DNA from: an uncultured Gammaproteobacteria bacterium
GTDB lineage: Bacteria; Pseudomonadota; Gammaproteobacteria; Xanthomonadales; Xanthomonadaceae
Assembly: GCA_963783035.1 (NCBI GenBank)
Contig: CAWAMC010000001.1
Location: forward strand, 133,410 to 197,409
Reading direction: 5' to 3'
DNA: 64,000 nt
Below are positions 21,235 through 30,834 of the stretch, piece by piece. Position numbers and translations under genes: made by a program. Below the pieces are notes generated by a model. That model was not told where the DNA came from, made no database searches, and worked only from the letters and a program-made list of their open reading frames with translations. Every line of letters begins with the position of its first letter. Positions within the stretch are counted from its first letter, which is position 1.

Positions 21235-22077
21235 ATGGCGACTGAACCAGCAACGACTCTTCTGAGCCTCCCCACCATAGTATGGTCCGGGGTGATTGCC
21301 GCGATCATTTCGTTGACCGGGGCTGTGACAGGTGTCCTTCTGTCAAACCAAAGCGGCGAACGGAGGCTCCGCGACCAACTGCGACATGACGCCGCCGAAA
21401 AACAGCGAGAGAGACTCGCAGCACTACGTAAAGAGGTCTATCTGAAGCTCTTTGAGGATCTCACAGCGGTTGGCAGTCACTTAGGGGCACTCGCTGGCAA
21501 GGATCCGGTCGCTGAAAATCTAGGGGCGCCTCTTCAAACGGCTATATCCCAGCTTGGTAAGGTACAACTAGTTGGCATGCAGCAAACTGCGTTACTCGCA
21601 GGCGAGTTATCGAGTCTTTATGGCGAAGCACTTTTTCGGCTAATACTTGTCGCGAAGCCCATGCATGAGCTAAAGATTGATATAAATCTTGCGGAAAAAG
21701 AGTTTCAAGAACATATGGCTGAGGCTCAGCGAGCGAATCGGGAGCTCCGTGCATTGAACGAGTCCGGCAGGCCTGATGCCGCAAGGGCTCACGCATTGAA
21801 AAATTCGTTTGAGCACGCCCAACAGCAGTATCAATCTGCCATTGAGGAACGATCCGCCGCGTGGAACTCATTCAACGCACTCCAGGGCCCATTTATGCAA
21901 GCCGTATTTGCAGAGTTGAAGCATATTGGTCCGGCCCAAGCCAAGCTCATGGATGCGATGCGTCAAGAGATCGGCCTACCCTCAGATATTGACTTCATGT
22001 TGGAGCGGCTCGAATCAGACCAAGCGCGTATGCGTGAGTCTGCTGAAGTGCTGTTGACTGAATTGGCACAGGACTAA
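21235..22077 (+). CDS. Hypothetical membrane-anchored coiled-coil protein (atypical codon usage)
   Basis: N-terminal TM helix followed by a helical, charged region; visibly lower GC than the flanking genes. Confidence 0.7.
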   Translation: MATEPATTLLSLPTIVWSGVIAAIISLTGAVTGVLLSNQSGERRLRDQLRHDAAEKQRERLAALRKEVYLKLFEDLTAVGSHLGALAGKDPVAENLGAPLQTAISQLGKVQLVGMQQTALLAGELSSLYGEALFRLILVAKPMHELKIDINLAEKEFQEHMAEAQRANRELRALNESGRPDAARAHALKNSFEHAQQQYQSAIEERSAAWNSFNALQGPFMQAVFAELKHIGPAQAKLMDAMRQEIGLPSDIDFMLERLESDQARMRESAEVLLTELAQD

Positions 22078-22181
22078 CGAGCCCGGATAAAGACCGCAGA
22101 CCGCACCATGAGCTTTGATCTTGGATCGTCATGGAAACATCGTTGCTTACTTTCATCCCGGATTCGTGCTGTGCGCTACTT

Positions 22182-22630
22182 GATAAGACCTCACAGCCTC
22201 AGTGAGATCTTCCTTCTCCCCGCATCGCGGGGAGAAGGTGGCGCGCAGCGACGGATGAGGGGCGAACGCCGCCGCATTGCATCGCGTGAAGCGCGCCCCT
22301 CTCCCGGCCTTCGGCCACCCTCTCCCCGCGCGATGCGCAGGGAGAGGGGACAGCAGCGAGTAGCGAGTCGCCCGGATAAGGCCTCACAGCCTTAGTGAGA
22401 TATTCCTTCTCCCCGCATCGCGGGGGCGAAGAGGTGCGCTTGCGAGGTATCGCCTCGCGCACCGATGAGCGCCCGAGCGCGATGCGCGAGGGCCGGACGA
22501 AGGTGGCGCGCAGCGACGGATGAGGGGCGAACGCCGCCGCATTGCATCGCGTGAAGCGCCCCTCTCCCGGCCTTCGGCCACCCTCTCCCCGCGCGATGCG
22601 CAGGGAGAGGGAACAGCCGCGAGCGAGTAG
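22182..22630. repeat. Tandem duplicated composite REP unit (about 190 bp x2; second copy carries an ~70-bp insertion)
   Basis: Repeated GATAAG.CCTCACAGCCT.AGTGAGAT..TCCTTCTCCCCGCATCGCGGGG...CCCTCTCCCCGCGCGATGCGCAGGGAGAGGG. Each copy is followed by a GTAG/GTCG-CCCGG REP start. Confidence 0.8.
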
Positions 22631-22645
22631 ATACTGTTATCCAGA

Positions 22646-23794
<1,149 letters not shown>

Positions 23795-23913
23795 TCATAA
23801 TACAAGCCCGGGTAAGGCCGCAGGCTGCACCCGGGGCTCGATCATGAATCGCCGTGGAAACTTCGCTGGATACGTTTATCCCTAGCACGCGCTGTGCGCT
23901 TACCTTGTTGACT

Positions 23914-24076
23914 TAGTACGATCTCAAAATCGGCACTTCCGAGTCTGACGCCAACTTCGTCATTCCGGCGAAAGCCGGAACCCAGCTTTTTCCAAGGGTT
24001 ACTAAACGCTGGATCCCGGCTTTCGCCGGGATGACGGCCGGAAAATTGTCTGGGCTGCGATTTTGAGATAGTTTCC
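23914..24076. mobile_element. MITE-like element with an internal REP palindrome
   Basis: Inverted ends ATCTCAAAATCG and CGATTTTGAGAT; internal GTCATTCCGGCGAAAGCCGGAACCCAG..CTGGATCCCGGCTTTCGCCGGGATGAC. Confidence 0.65.
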
Positions 24077-24157
24077 AATAAGACGGCATGAAATTTTGAT
24101 TTCTCACGTTTTTTATCAATAAGCGTTAGGTTCAAGCAATGACACAGAAAGCCCATT

Positions 24158-24538
24158 ATGAAAAATCGAATTTTGTTGATGCTCGCAATCTGCGCTTCGT
24201 CTAATGCCGTCGCTCGTGAAAAGAAATGCATACTCCCGCCACCAGACACGGACGTAGCTGGCCAGGCCGAGCCTGTATTGGCGGGGAAAATATCCGCTGT
24301 TAATAAGAGCACAATCATGATTAGTACTGAGCATGGTACTCAGTACTTTGTTGATTGGGATGAATCAACAGGCTTTTATACCGTCTACGGCGGTGGCGTA
24401 GAGAGTAATCAGATCATGGTCGGCCAGCATGTCTTCGTTTGGCTGAAAAATTGCATCGAACCAAGAAGGCGCGGCAAGAATCCAGCAGCGCTGATCACGT
24501 TCTGTTCAATTGATACCGAACCATGCCCAAAGAGGTAG
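24158..24538 (+). CDS. Low-GC exported hypothetical protein, probably an integron-cassette gene
   Basis: Signal peptide. GTTAGGT core-like site at 24125-24131 upstream and an attC-like start at 24542 downstream. Confidence 0.65.
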   Translation: MKNRILLMLAICASSNAVAREKKCILPPPDTDVAGQAEPVLAGKISAVNKSTIMISTEHGTQYFVDWDESTGFYTVYGGGVESNQIMVGQHVFVWLKNCIEPRRRGKNPAALITFCSIDTEPCPKR

Positions 24539-24541
24539 GTG

Positions 24542-24567
24542 GCCTAACACTTCATTCAAGCCACGCC
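24542..24567 (+). other. Truncated attC-like site
   Basis: GCCTAAC-ACTTCATTCAAGCC-ACGCC resembles the left arm of short attC sites (RYYYAAC..TCATTCAAGCCGACGCC). The right arm is missing. Confidence 0.55.
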
Positions 24568-24574
24568 AGAAACG

Positions 24575-25168
24575 CTATGGCTGCGGCACCAACTTCTTTT
24601 TAGCGATCTCATAAAACCGCTTCCGTTCGTCCATCCCGTTGTAGCCGCCGTTGATGGTGATGCCGATGAATTCGACGGGGCTCACCAGGATCACCTTCCC
24701 GCGATATTTCTTTTTGAGCCGATCGCTATCGGCGTGATTGGCGGGGTCGTTCAGTCCGCGCGTTTTCCAGTAGATGCACGCGCTCCACACGGCGTAATCG
24801 GGTTGTTCCAGCAATTGCGGATTGTTGATGAACAAGTCGCGCTGACCGCGCTTGATCCCCAATTGCAGATAATTCGCGCGCCCGGTGGTCTGGAAAATAC
24901 CGCGACCTTTGAAGCGGACACCGTCGCCGGCTTGGGTGTTGCCGAGATCTTTGCGCCCTTCGTACGCTTTGCCCGACGCGTATTCCCGCAGGGTGCGGAA
25001 ATGATCGGTCTCGTGGCAAGCCTGTGCGAGAAAATGGCAATACTCTTTTGCCGTGTCGATCTCGAAGTCCGGGCAGATCCGATTCATGCTGTCGGCCAAC
25101 GCGGGCATCAGCGCGGTGGGTTTGCCGGCGATCGCGGCGAGGTGTTCTGATTTGACGATATAGGCCAT
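24575..25168 (-). CDS. Glycoside hydrolase family 19 (endolysin/chitinase-like), no signal peptide
   Basis: FLAQACHET, YEGRKDLGN, DGVRFKGRGIFQTTGRANY and INGGYNG motifs; AGGAGG RBS. Confidence 0.92.
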   Translation of the reverse strand: MAYIVKSEHLAAIAGKPTALMPALADSMNRICPDFEIDTAKEYCHFLAQACHETDHFRTLREYASGKAYEGRKDLGNTQAGDGVRFKGRGIFQTTGRANYLQLGIKRGQRDLFINNPQLLEQPDYAVWSACIYWKTRGLNDPANHADSDRLKKKYRGKVILVSPVEFIGITINGGYNGMDERKRFYEIAKKKLVPQP

Positions 25169-25570
25169 GTGATGGTCCTCCTAGGCGAGTGAACGCGAAC
25201 GCCCCGCGATAACGGACACATTGGTTCGACACATCGGGGTCCACTGTCCTTATCGTCGCCGCCTGTCCGAAATTCGGATGGCCTTGCGTTATCCATAGTC
25301 GAGCGTTGATGAATGCATATCGGAATTCATGGCCGGTACGCATTCGATTGGGAGCTTCCGATACACACGGAAGCGCCGCGGCATATGGAGTGCCGTTCGC
25401 CAATACCCTGCATCAACAGGGTAGGGCGACGAAGCCTGTCTGAAAGGCATAGCGCTAGCGAATCCGAACATCCGTCGGATAAGCACCTTTTAGATGAATC
25501 CAAGGAAGGGATTCGTCGAGAGTCCCCATCGACTGTTGTATCGCGCGCTGCGTTACGCGAAGGACTATGT

Positions 25571-27946
25571 ATGCCGCCAGGGCGTTTATTGGATATCCAG
25601 CACGTAGTGTTGGGCCCGCAGATTCGGGTCGCAGATATGGGGCGGGTCGCACAACCGGTCAAACCTGTGCCGGCGGCGCCTGTGCCTGCCGATCCACCCG
25701 CGCCAGCGTCGGCTCCTGCTCAACCGTTCGTCCTCGCGCCTGGGGCGCTGAACATCGTGCGTAGCGATTTGATGCTCGACGCATCCGCGCTGCGCGTCGC
25801 GGCGATCAAGCCGACGCGGTTGCGCCCGAGCCTCGAAATGATGCGGCCGCAATTGTTCGTGGACAAATCCGGGCAGGATTTCGAGCGTAAGGATTCGCCG
25901 CATCCGATCAGTCCGGCCTTGCAGCCGAACGATACGATGGTGTTCGAAGATCCGAATAGCAATGTTCGTTACTGGTTGCCGCGTTATCGATTGCGCGAAC
26001 TCAGCAATGGTCGTTACGACAGCCATGTGACCCAAGGCGGCGACGGTCGATGGGCGATTAGTCTGGGCTTGGAAGCCTACCCGGCACCGGAGGTTGCGGA
26101 TGCCGCGCGCACGGCGCAGCCTTTGCCGCATCAGCTCGCGGTGTCGCTCTCGTATCGTCAGCCGAATACCACCATCGAGCGGCGTTTGGCGATCGACGAA
26201 TTGTTGACCGATGCGCGCGGGCCGGTCGCGATCTTGCGCTTATCGTTGGCGGAACGCGATGAACTGCTTGGCGCCTTCATGTCGCCGACGTCGGAAACGA
26301 CGTTGTCGGTCGTGCGTAGCTTCACGGTCGCCACGACGAGCGCCGATGCCGGCGCGTCGCCGCCGAAACGCCGCTTCCATATGCGCGATCACACGATGAT
26401 GATGCGCGCGCTGGCGGTCGAAGAAGCCGTCGTGGCACCAGTCGCTGAGATGCGGGTCTCGCCCGCGACGGCGAGAATCGCAACGCGCACCGACATGCGC
26501 CATATTCGCAGAGAGATTCCCGATACTGCACTGGAGGGCACGATTCATCGGCCACGACCGATTCGTGTGCCTGACACCACGCCGGAGATCGAGCCGGAGC
26601 CTGTCGCCGCACCGCGCTATCGCGCTGCGGCGCAAGTGCAACCACTATCGATCGCGCTGCGCTTTCCGCCTGCGCTGCATCCTTATCTGTATCCCGGCGG
26701 CAGCCCGAGCGCTGGCGGCACGAGTTGGGATATTCACAACCTGGCGTATTCGACCGACGGCCGTTCGCGCAATCACGTGTATTTTCAAAGCACCGCCAAT
26801 CCCGCGCGTTTCTATTACTTGCCGGACGAGTTCCGCTTGGCGCGCAGAGGGACCGCACCGTTCACGCCCGCATTGGCGTTCGTGGTCGATCAAGGGCAGG
26901 ACGCGAGCAGCGAAACAGAGGTCGAATTGGCGGCCGATGTGCGCCCAGTGACCGACGGCAAACGTCTGCTCGCCGCGCGCCAGGAATTGAAAAAGAAATT
27001 GCCGACGACCGGCGCGGCCACGCCCACCGAAATCAGCCTGGAGCCGTTACTCGCCAAAGCGAGTTTGCGCCTGGGCCTGCCGCGAGGCAGCCTGACCGAA
27101 ATGACGCAAGTCGATGTCGATATCGATCTCGCCAATGGCTTCCAGCTCAGCGAACGTTTCAAATTAGACGATGAGTTCCAGGATGTCTTCGCGGCCTTGA
27201 TGGCGAGCCAGGCGTCGAGCCTGTTGCAAGGCAAAGTGCTGGTGTCGACCGGTCTCGGCGGCGATGTGCAAATCCCGGTCAATCTCAATTTCCACAAACT
27301 CGAAGGCGAAGTGTTCGATTACACCGAAGTCACCGAACCGGTATCCGGTACGGTGTCGGCGACTTTGCGCAACGATAGTGGCGGCAAGCTCAAGGTTTCG
27401 TCGTTACCGGTGTGGCTCAGCCGAAACGGGACGATGGTCGAAGCGAAACTGGAAGGCATCGATCTCAGCCGCCCGGTCGAGATCGAACCCGATGCCGAGA
27501 TCGTGTTCAAAGTGGTGCCGGTGGCAGCGTGGCCTGTTGGCGTGGAGGGCATTTGCGATGCGATCTTCGACACCTCCGGTATCAGCAGCGTTCCGGATTC
27601 CGAACGTCTGTTCGTGCAGACCTTCGATAGCAGCGTTGCGCAGGAAGCGACGCGCAGTGTGATCGCGATGACCGATGCCGAGTTGCTCGAAAGCGCGCAA
27701 GCGCCGGAGAACGCGATCCGTCTGATCGTGATCGAGTTCCGCGGCAACATCAGCGTGCGCTTGAGTTCGACCAAGCTTGAGCAAACTGTCGACGTGCCGG
27801 TGCCGTTGATGGATAGGCTGCTCAACAAAGACACTCAAGGCACTTACAAATTTAGACAGACCATCATCTATAAATCGGGGCGCCAACAGGTCGATTCCGC
27901 TTGGCGAGAGACCGACGCCGCGGTTCTGTTCGTGCCGAGCGCTTAA
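25571..27946 (+). CDS. Uncharacterised cluster protein A (divergent paralog, duplicated YYLP-type module)
   Basis: RBS AAGGA before ATG 25571. FEDPNSNVRYWLP and QSTANPARFYYLPDEFRLARR modules; C-terminal YKFRQTIIYKSG..W repeat like the other paralogs. Confidence 0.75.
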   Translation: MPPGRLLDIQHVVLGPQIRVADMGRVAQPVKPVPAAPVPADPPAPASAPAQPFVLAPGALNIVRSDLMLDASALRVAAIKPTRLRPSLEMMRPQLFVDKSGQDFERKDSPHPISPALQPNDTMVFEDPNSNVRYWLPRYRLRELSNGRYDSHVTQGGDGRWAISLGLEAYPAPEVADAARTAQPLPHQLAVSLSYRQPNTTIERRLAIDELLTDARGPVAILRLSLAERDELLGAFMSPTSETTLSVVRSFTVATTSADAGASPPKRRFHMRDHTMMMRALAVEEAVVAPVAEMRVSPATARIATRTDMRHIRREIPDTALEGTIHRPRPIRVPDTTPEIEPEPVAAPRYRAAAQVQPLSIALRFPPALHPYLYPGGSPSAGGTSWDIHNLAYSTDGRSRNHVYFQSTANPARFYYLPDEFRLARRGTAPFTPALAFVVDQGQDASSETEVELAADVRPVTDGKRLLAARQELKKKLPTTGAATPTEISLEPLLAKASLRLGLPRGSLTEMTQVDVDIDLANGFQLSERFKLDDEFQDVFAALMASQASSLLQGKVLVSTGLGGDVQIPVNLNFHKLEGEVFDYTEVTEPVSGTVSATLRNDSGGKLKVSSLPVWLSRNGTMVEAKLEGIDLSRPVEIEPDAEIVFKVVPVAAWPVGVEGICDAIFDTSGISSVPDSERLFVQTFDSSVAQEATRSVIAMTDAELLESAQAPENAIRLIVIEFRGNISVRLSSTKLEQTVDVPVPLMDRLLNKDTQGTYKFRQTIIYKSGRQQVDSAWRETDAAVLFVPSA

Positions 27947-27947
27947 C

Positions 27948-29759
27948 GTGCTTACCGGACGCCCGGATTGGCATGCGCCGACTCATGTCGCGGGACGGCC
28001 GGCGTTCGCCGCCTACGAGCGGCCCGGGCAGTTCCAAGTCGCACCGATCAAGCTTTCTGCGACGACACAGGACCAAGAACCCTCGTTCCGATTGGATATT
28101 TATCAGCAGGATCGCGGTGATGCGGGCTTAGCGAGATTTTCGTTGCTGTCGGTCGGGTTCGCTGCCGCATTCGATCTCGATGCGCTGCGCAGCACGATCG
28201 CAGACAGCGGGGTTCAGGCGAACGTCGGTCCGATCGAAGCCGAACGCGGTTGGGTTCGCCTCACCTCGGCCTCTGCGCTCGATTTGCCCGAAGCGCTGCA
28301 TGTATTACAGCCGTTGGATATCGTCGGTCTGGGAACGATGGGGCTATCCGTGCGGCTCGACGATGCCGCGACCGATCTATTCCTCGGCGCATTACGACGC
28401 GGAATGACCACCATCGGTGCGGAAGCATGGATCGCCGTTCGCGGAGTCGCGGAGCGTATCGCCATGACTGTCGCTTTCGATCCTGCGAAGCTCTCGACGG
28501 CGTTGAAGCTTTTGGCGCAGGGCAGCGACGCGTTGGGCCTTGAAACATTGCGCGAGGCGTTGGCGTCGACACCGGAACGCTTGGGTTTCCCGATGTTGTC
28601 CACGCTGACGCAAGAACAGAGACTCGTTGCGGCGAATGCATTGATCGATCGCTTTTGCGACCGTTTCGCCGGGCTGTTTCCCGATGAAGGCGATGGTGCG
28701 CAAGTCGCCGCAGGGCAGGATAGTCCGAAGACTCGTATCGTCTTCGACCAAACGCGGATGCTGCCCGGTACGGTCGTCTGGGATCTTTCCGAGCCGTTGC
28801 TCGCGACGCGGATGTTCGCGGTCGCGGCGGACCCGCTCAGCGCATTGCGAGAGTGGCCGTCGGCGGAATGGGAAGCGCGCGTCGTCCACCATCACGACGT
28901 TCGCGCTCTCGGTAGCGGCTGGCATCGAGTGACGGTGCGACAGAATCTGCCGGCGCGTCGCATCGGCGTGCTGCAATCGCAAGTGGAATTGAGCGCGCCC
29001 CCGAAACCGCCGATGCGACCCTTCACGGCGAAAGCCTCGGCGCGTTTCGATGGCCGTGCGCAGGCGACGACGGCGGAATTGCGTCTCGCGCCGAACGAAG
29101 CGCTCGTCTATCGATACAAAACCGTCGTCACCATCGTCGACCATGGCCGCGCCGAGCGGATCGAGGGGCCGGTACGGGAATCGCAACGCGAAAACTTGCT
29201 GGTATCGCCCGACGATTTTGGCGTGAACTTCGTCGTCGTCGAAGCCGATACGGTCTTTTTATCCGAGGCGCAGATCGCGGTCGAGCTTTACGGCATGCGG
29301 CGCGGCCAGTCTTGGTCGATTCAAGGCGTGCTCGATGCCGCCGCATCCGATATCGCGTTCGCGGTTCCTTACGACGTCGAGTCGCTGCAGATCCGCGCGA
29401 TCGCCCGAATGAGCGACGGCAGCAACGAACGCGCGATGGTGCCGGTCGCGGCGGAACATCTGCGTCTCGATGCTTTCAGTTTCGAGGGCAGTGGCCGCCG
29501 CAGTGTCGCCATCGAATGCGCCTTCGACGACGACAAGCCGCAGGTCGTGCTCGAGCTTGCGCCCGAAGGACGCCAGCACGAACCCGCGCGCCGCCAACAG
29601 ATCCGACTCATGCCCGCGGCCTCGACCGCAGAATGGTCGTGGATGGCCTTGTCGCCATTTCGATCAGGATACCACTGGCGCTGGCACGGACAAAGCGAAT
29701 GGTCCGAAGCCGTGCAACCTGCGGAGCCGCTGACATTGCTCAGCAGTCGCGCTCCATAA
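27948..29759 (+). CDS. Uncharacterised cluster protein B (divergent paralog)
   Basis: GTG start 1 nt after the previous stop. Degenerate core (LSVRLDDAATDLF) and beta-sandwich-like repeats (YRYKTVV). Confidence 0.7.
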   Translation: MLTGRPDWHAPTHVAGRPAFAAYERPGQFQVAPIKLSATTQDQEPSFRLDIYQQDRGDAGLARFSLLSVGFAAAFDLDALRSTIADSGVQANVGPIEAERGWVRLTSASALDLPEALHVLQPLDIVGLGTMGLSVRLDDAATDLFLGALRRGMTTIGAEAWIAVRGVAERIAMTVAFDPAKLSTALKLLAQGSDALGLETLREALASTPERLGFPMLSTLTQEQRLVAANALIDRFCDRFAGLFPDEGDGAQVAAGQDSPKTRIVFDQTRMLPGTVVWDLSEPLLATRMFAVAADPLSALREWPSAEWEARVVHHHDVRALGSGWHRVTVRQNLPARRIGVLQSQVELSAPPKPPMRPFTAKASARFDGRAQATTAELRLAPNEALVYRYKTVVTIVDHGRAERIEGPVRESQRENLLVSPDDFGVNFVVVEADTVFLSEAQIAVELYGMRRGQSWSIQGVLDAAASDIAFAVPYDVESLQIRAIARMSDGSNERAMVPVAAEHLRLDAFSFEGSGRRSVAIECAFDDDKPQVVLELAPEGRQHEPARRQQIRLMPAASTAEWSWMALSPFRSGYHWRWHGQSEWSEAVQPAEPLTLLSSRAP

Positions 29760-29780
29760 CTCGATGATGAGGATGCCAAC

Positions 29781-30455
29781 ATGGATAAGGAATTACGCGG
29801 CGTATTGTTGACGCCAATCAAGGACCAACCCGGGGCTTGGGAATATCGTCCGAAGCAACCAGGTATCGCGACCACAGGAGACGGCGGCGCTCAATTTACG
29901 ATGATCGCCGCAGGCAGCATCACGATGCTGTCGCTGACGACGATATGGGGCGTGCCTGCGAAGACGCTCGAGAATGTGCGTATTGATCTCGCGACTGCTG
30001 GGGGGTGCCCATCAAACAAGATTCTGCTCAGTCCAGCGGCAATCGATGCGGGCACGGCCGAACTACAATTCGGCGATGGTAATGGCGCTTTTTCCACAGT
30101 GAGTACGGCGCAATCGTCGGGTTCGCCACCATTCCATGCCGCATTCAGTCTGATGCTCGATCAGGCGCAGGCCGAGAAAGTGCATAAAGCTCTTTCCGGC
30201 GAGCGCGGTTGGTTCGGAGTGCGGTATACGCTCACCGGCCACGCGGCACCGACGCGCGAAACCACCGCGACACATGAAGCATCGATCGATATCGGCGTTT
30301 CGTTGACGGACGAAGGCGGTTCCGCCTCCGCGCACGGCACGGGGAGCGCCCGTACGTATACCGCGACCGCGAGCGAAACCCGAGACACAGGCAGCGGCTA
30401 TTCCTTTGCCGATGCCGCGGACTGGGGCATGCCAGCGCACGGCCCTGTGTCCTAA
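29781..30455 (+). CDS. Uncharacterised cluster protein C (core domain only)
   Basis: GAGG RBS. WEYRP..PAAIDAGTA..AAFSLMLDQAQA..GVRYTL aligns by eye with WYLP..PFDDGTV..AVFSLELSAEGA..GVIYDL. Confidence 0.7.
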   Translation: MDKELRGVLLTPIKDQPGAWEYRPKQPGIATTGDGGAQFTMIAAGSITMLSLTTIWGVPAKTLENVRIDLATAGGCPSNKILLSPAAIDAGTAELQFGDGNGAFSTVSTAQSSGSPPFHAAFSLMLDQAQAEKVHKALSGERGWFGVRYTLTGHAAPTRETTATHEASIDIGVSLTDEGGSASAHGTGSARTYTATASETRDTGSGYSFADAADWGMPAHGPVS

Positions 30456-30834
30456 AAAACGCTGCGTTGACGTTGGTATCGAATACACGAGTATCGAGGA
30501 CACGAATCGTGGCGACATCGGACGCGGTGTCGTGAGACGGCCGGCCGCGAGATGGGAGGCTTCGTCGCGCGACGCGGTTGCGACGAAGCCGAGCACGATG
30601 CAATCGGGATCAACACAGGCGTCGATCGAAACATCGACGTAATGCGTATTCGACGTCTCCGTATTTCTCCGTGCGCTGCGTTATTACCGAAACGAATCGC
30701 CATCTGCAATGCACTGCATCAAAAAAACTGTTGTCCGCTTTTCGCCGGTGCGCGCGTTCACTCCATCTGCCAACACGCTGTCTTGCATGGCGATGCTGAA
30801 AAAGACCAAGACGATCATCTAAAGGAGCGCAATC

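Noticed and set aside
23842-24334. Minus-strand ORFs overlapping the MITE
   Set aside because: They translate REP palindromes (VIPAKAGIQ-type pseudo-peptides) and overlap the better-supported plus-strand gene.
25313-25570. N-terminal 86 aa of the 877-aa ORF
   Set aside because: Composition is unlike the rest of the protein, and an RBS precedes ATG 25571. This stretch is more likely the divergent promoter region.
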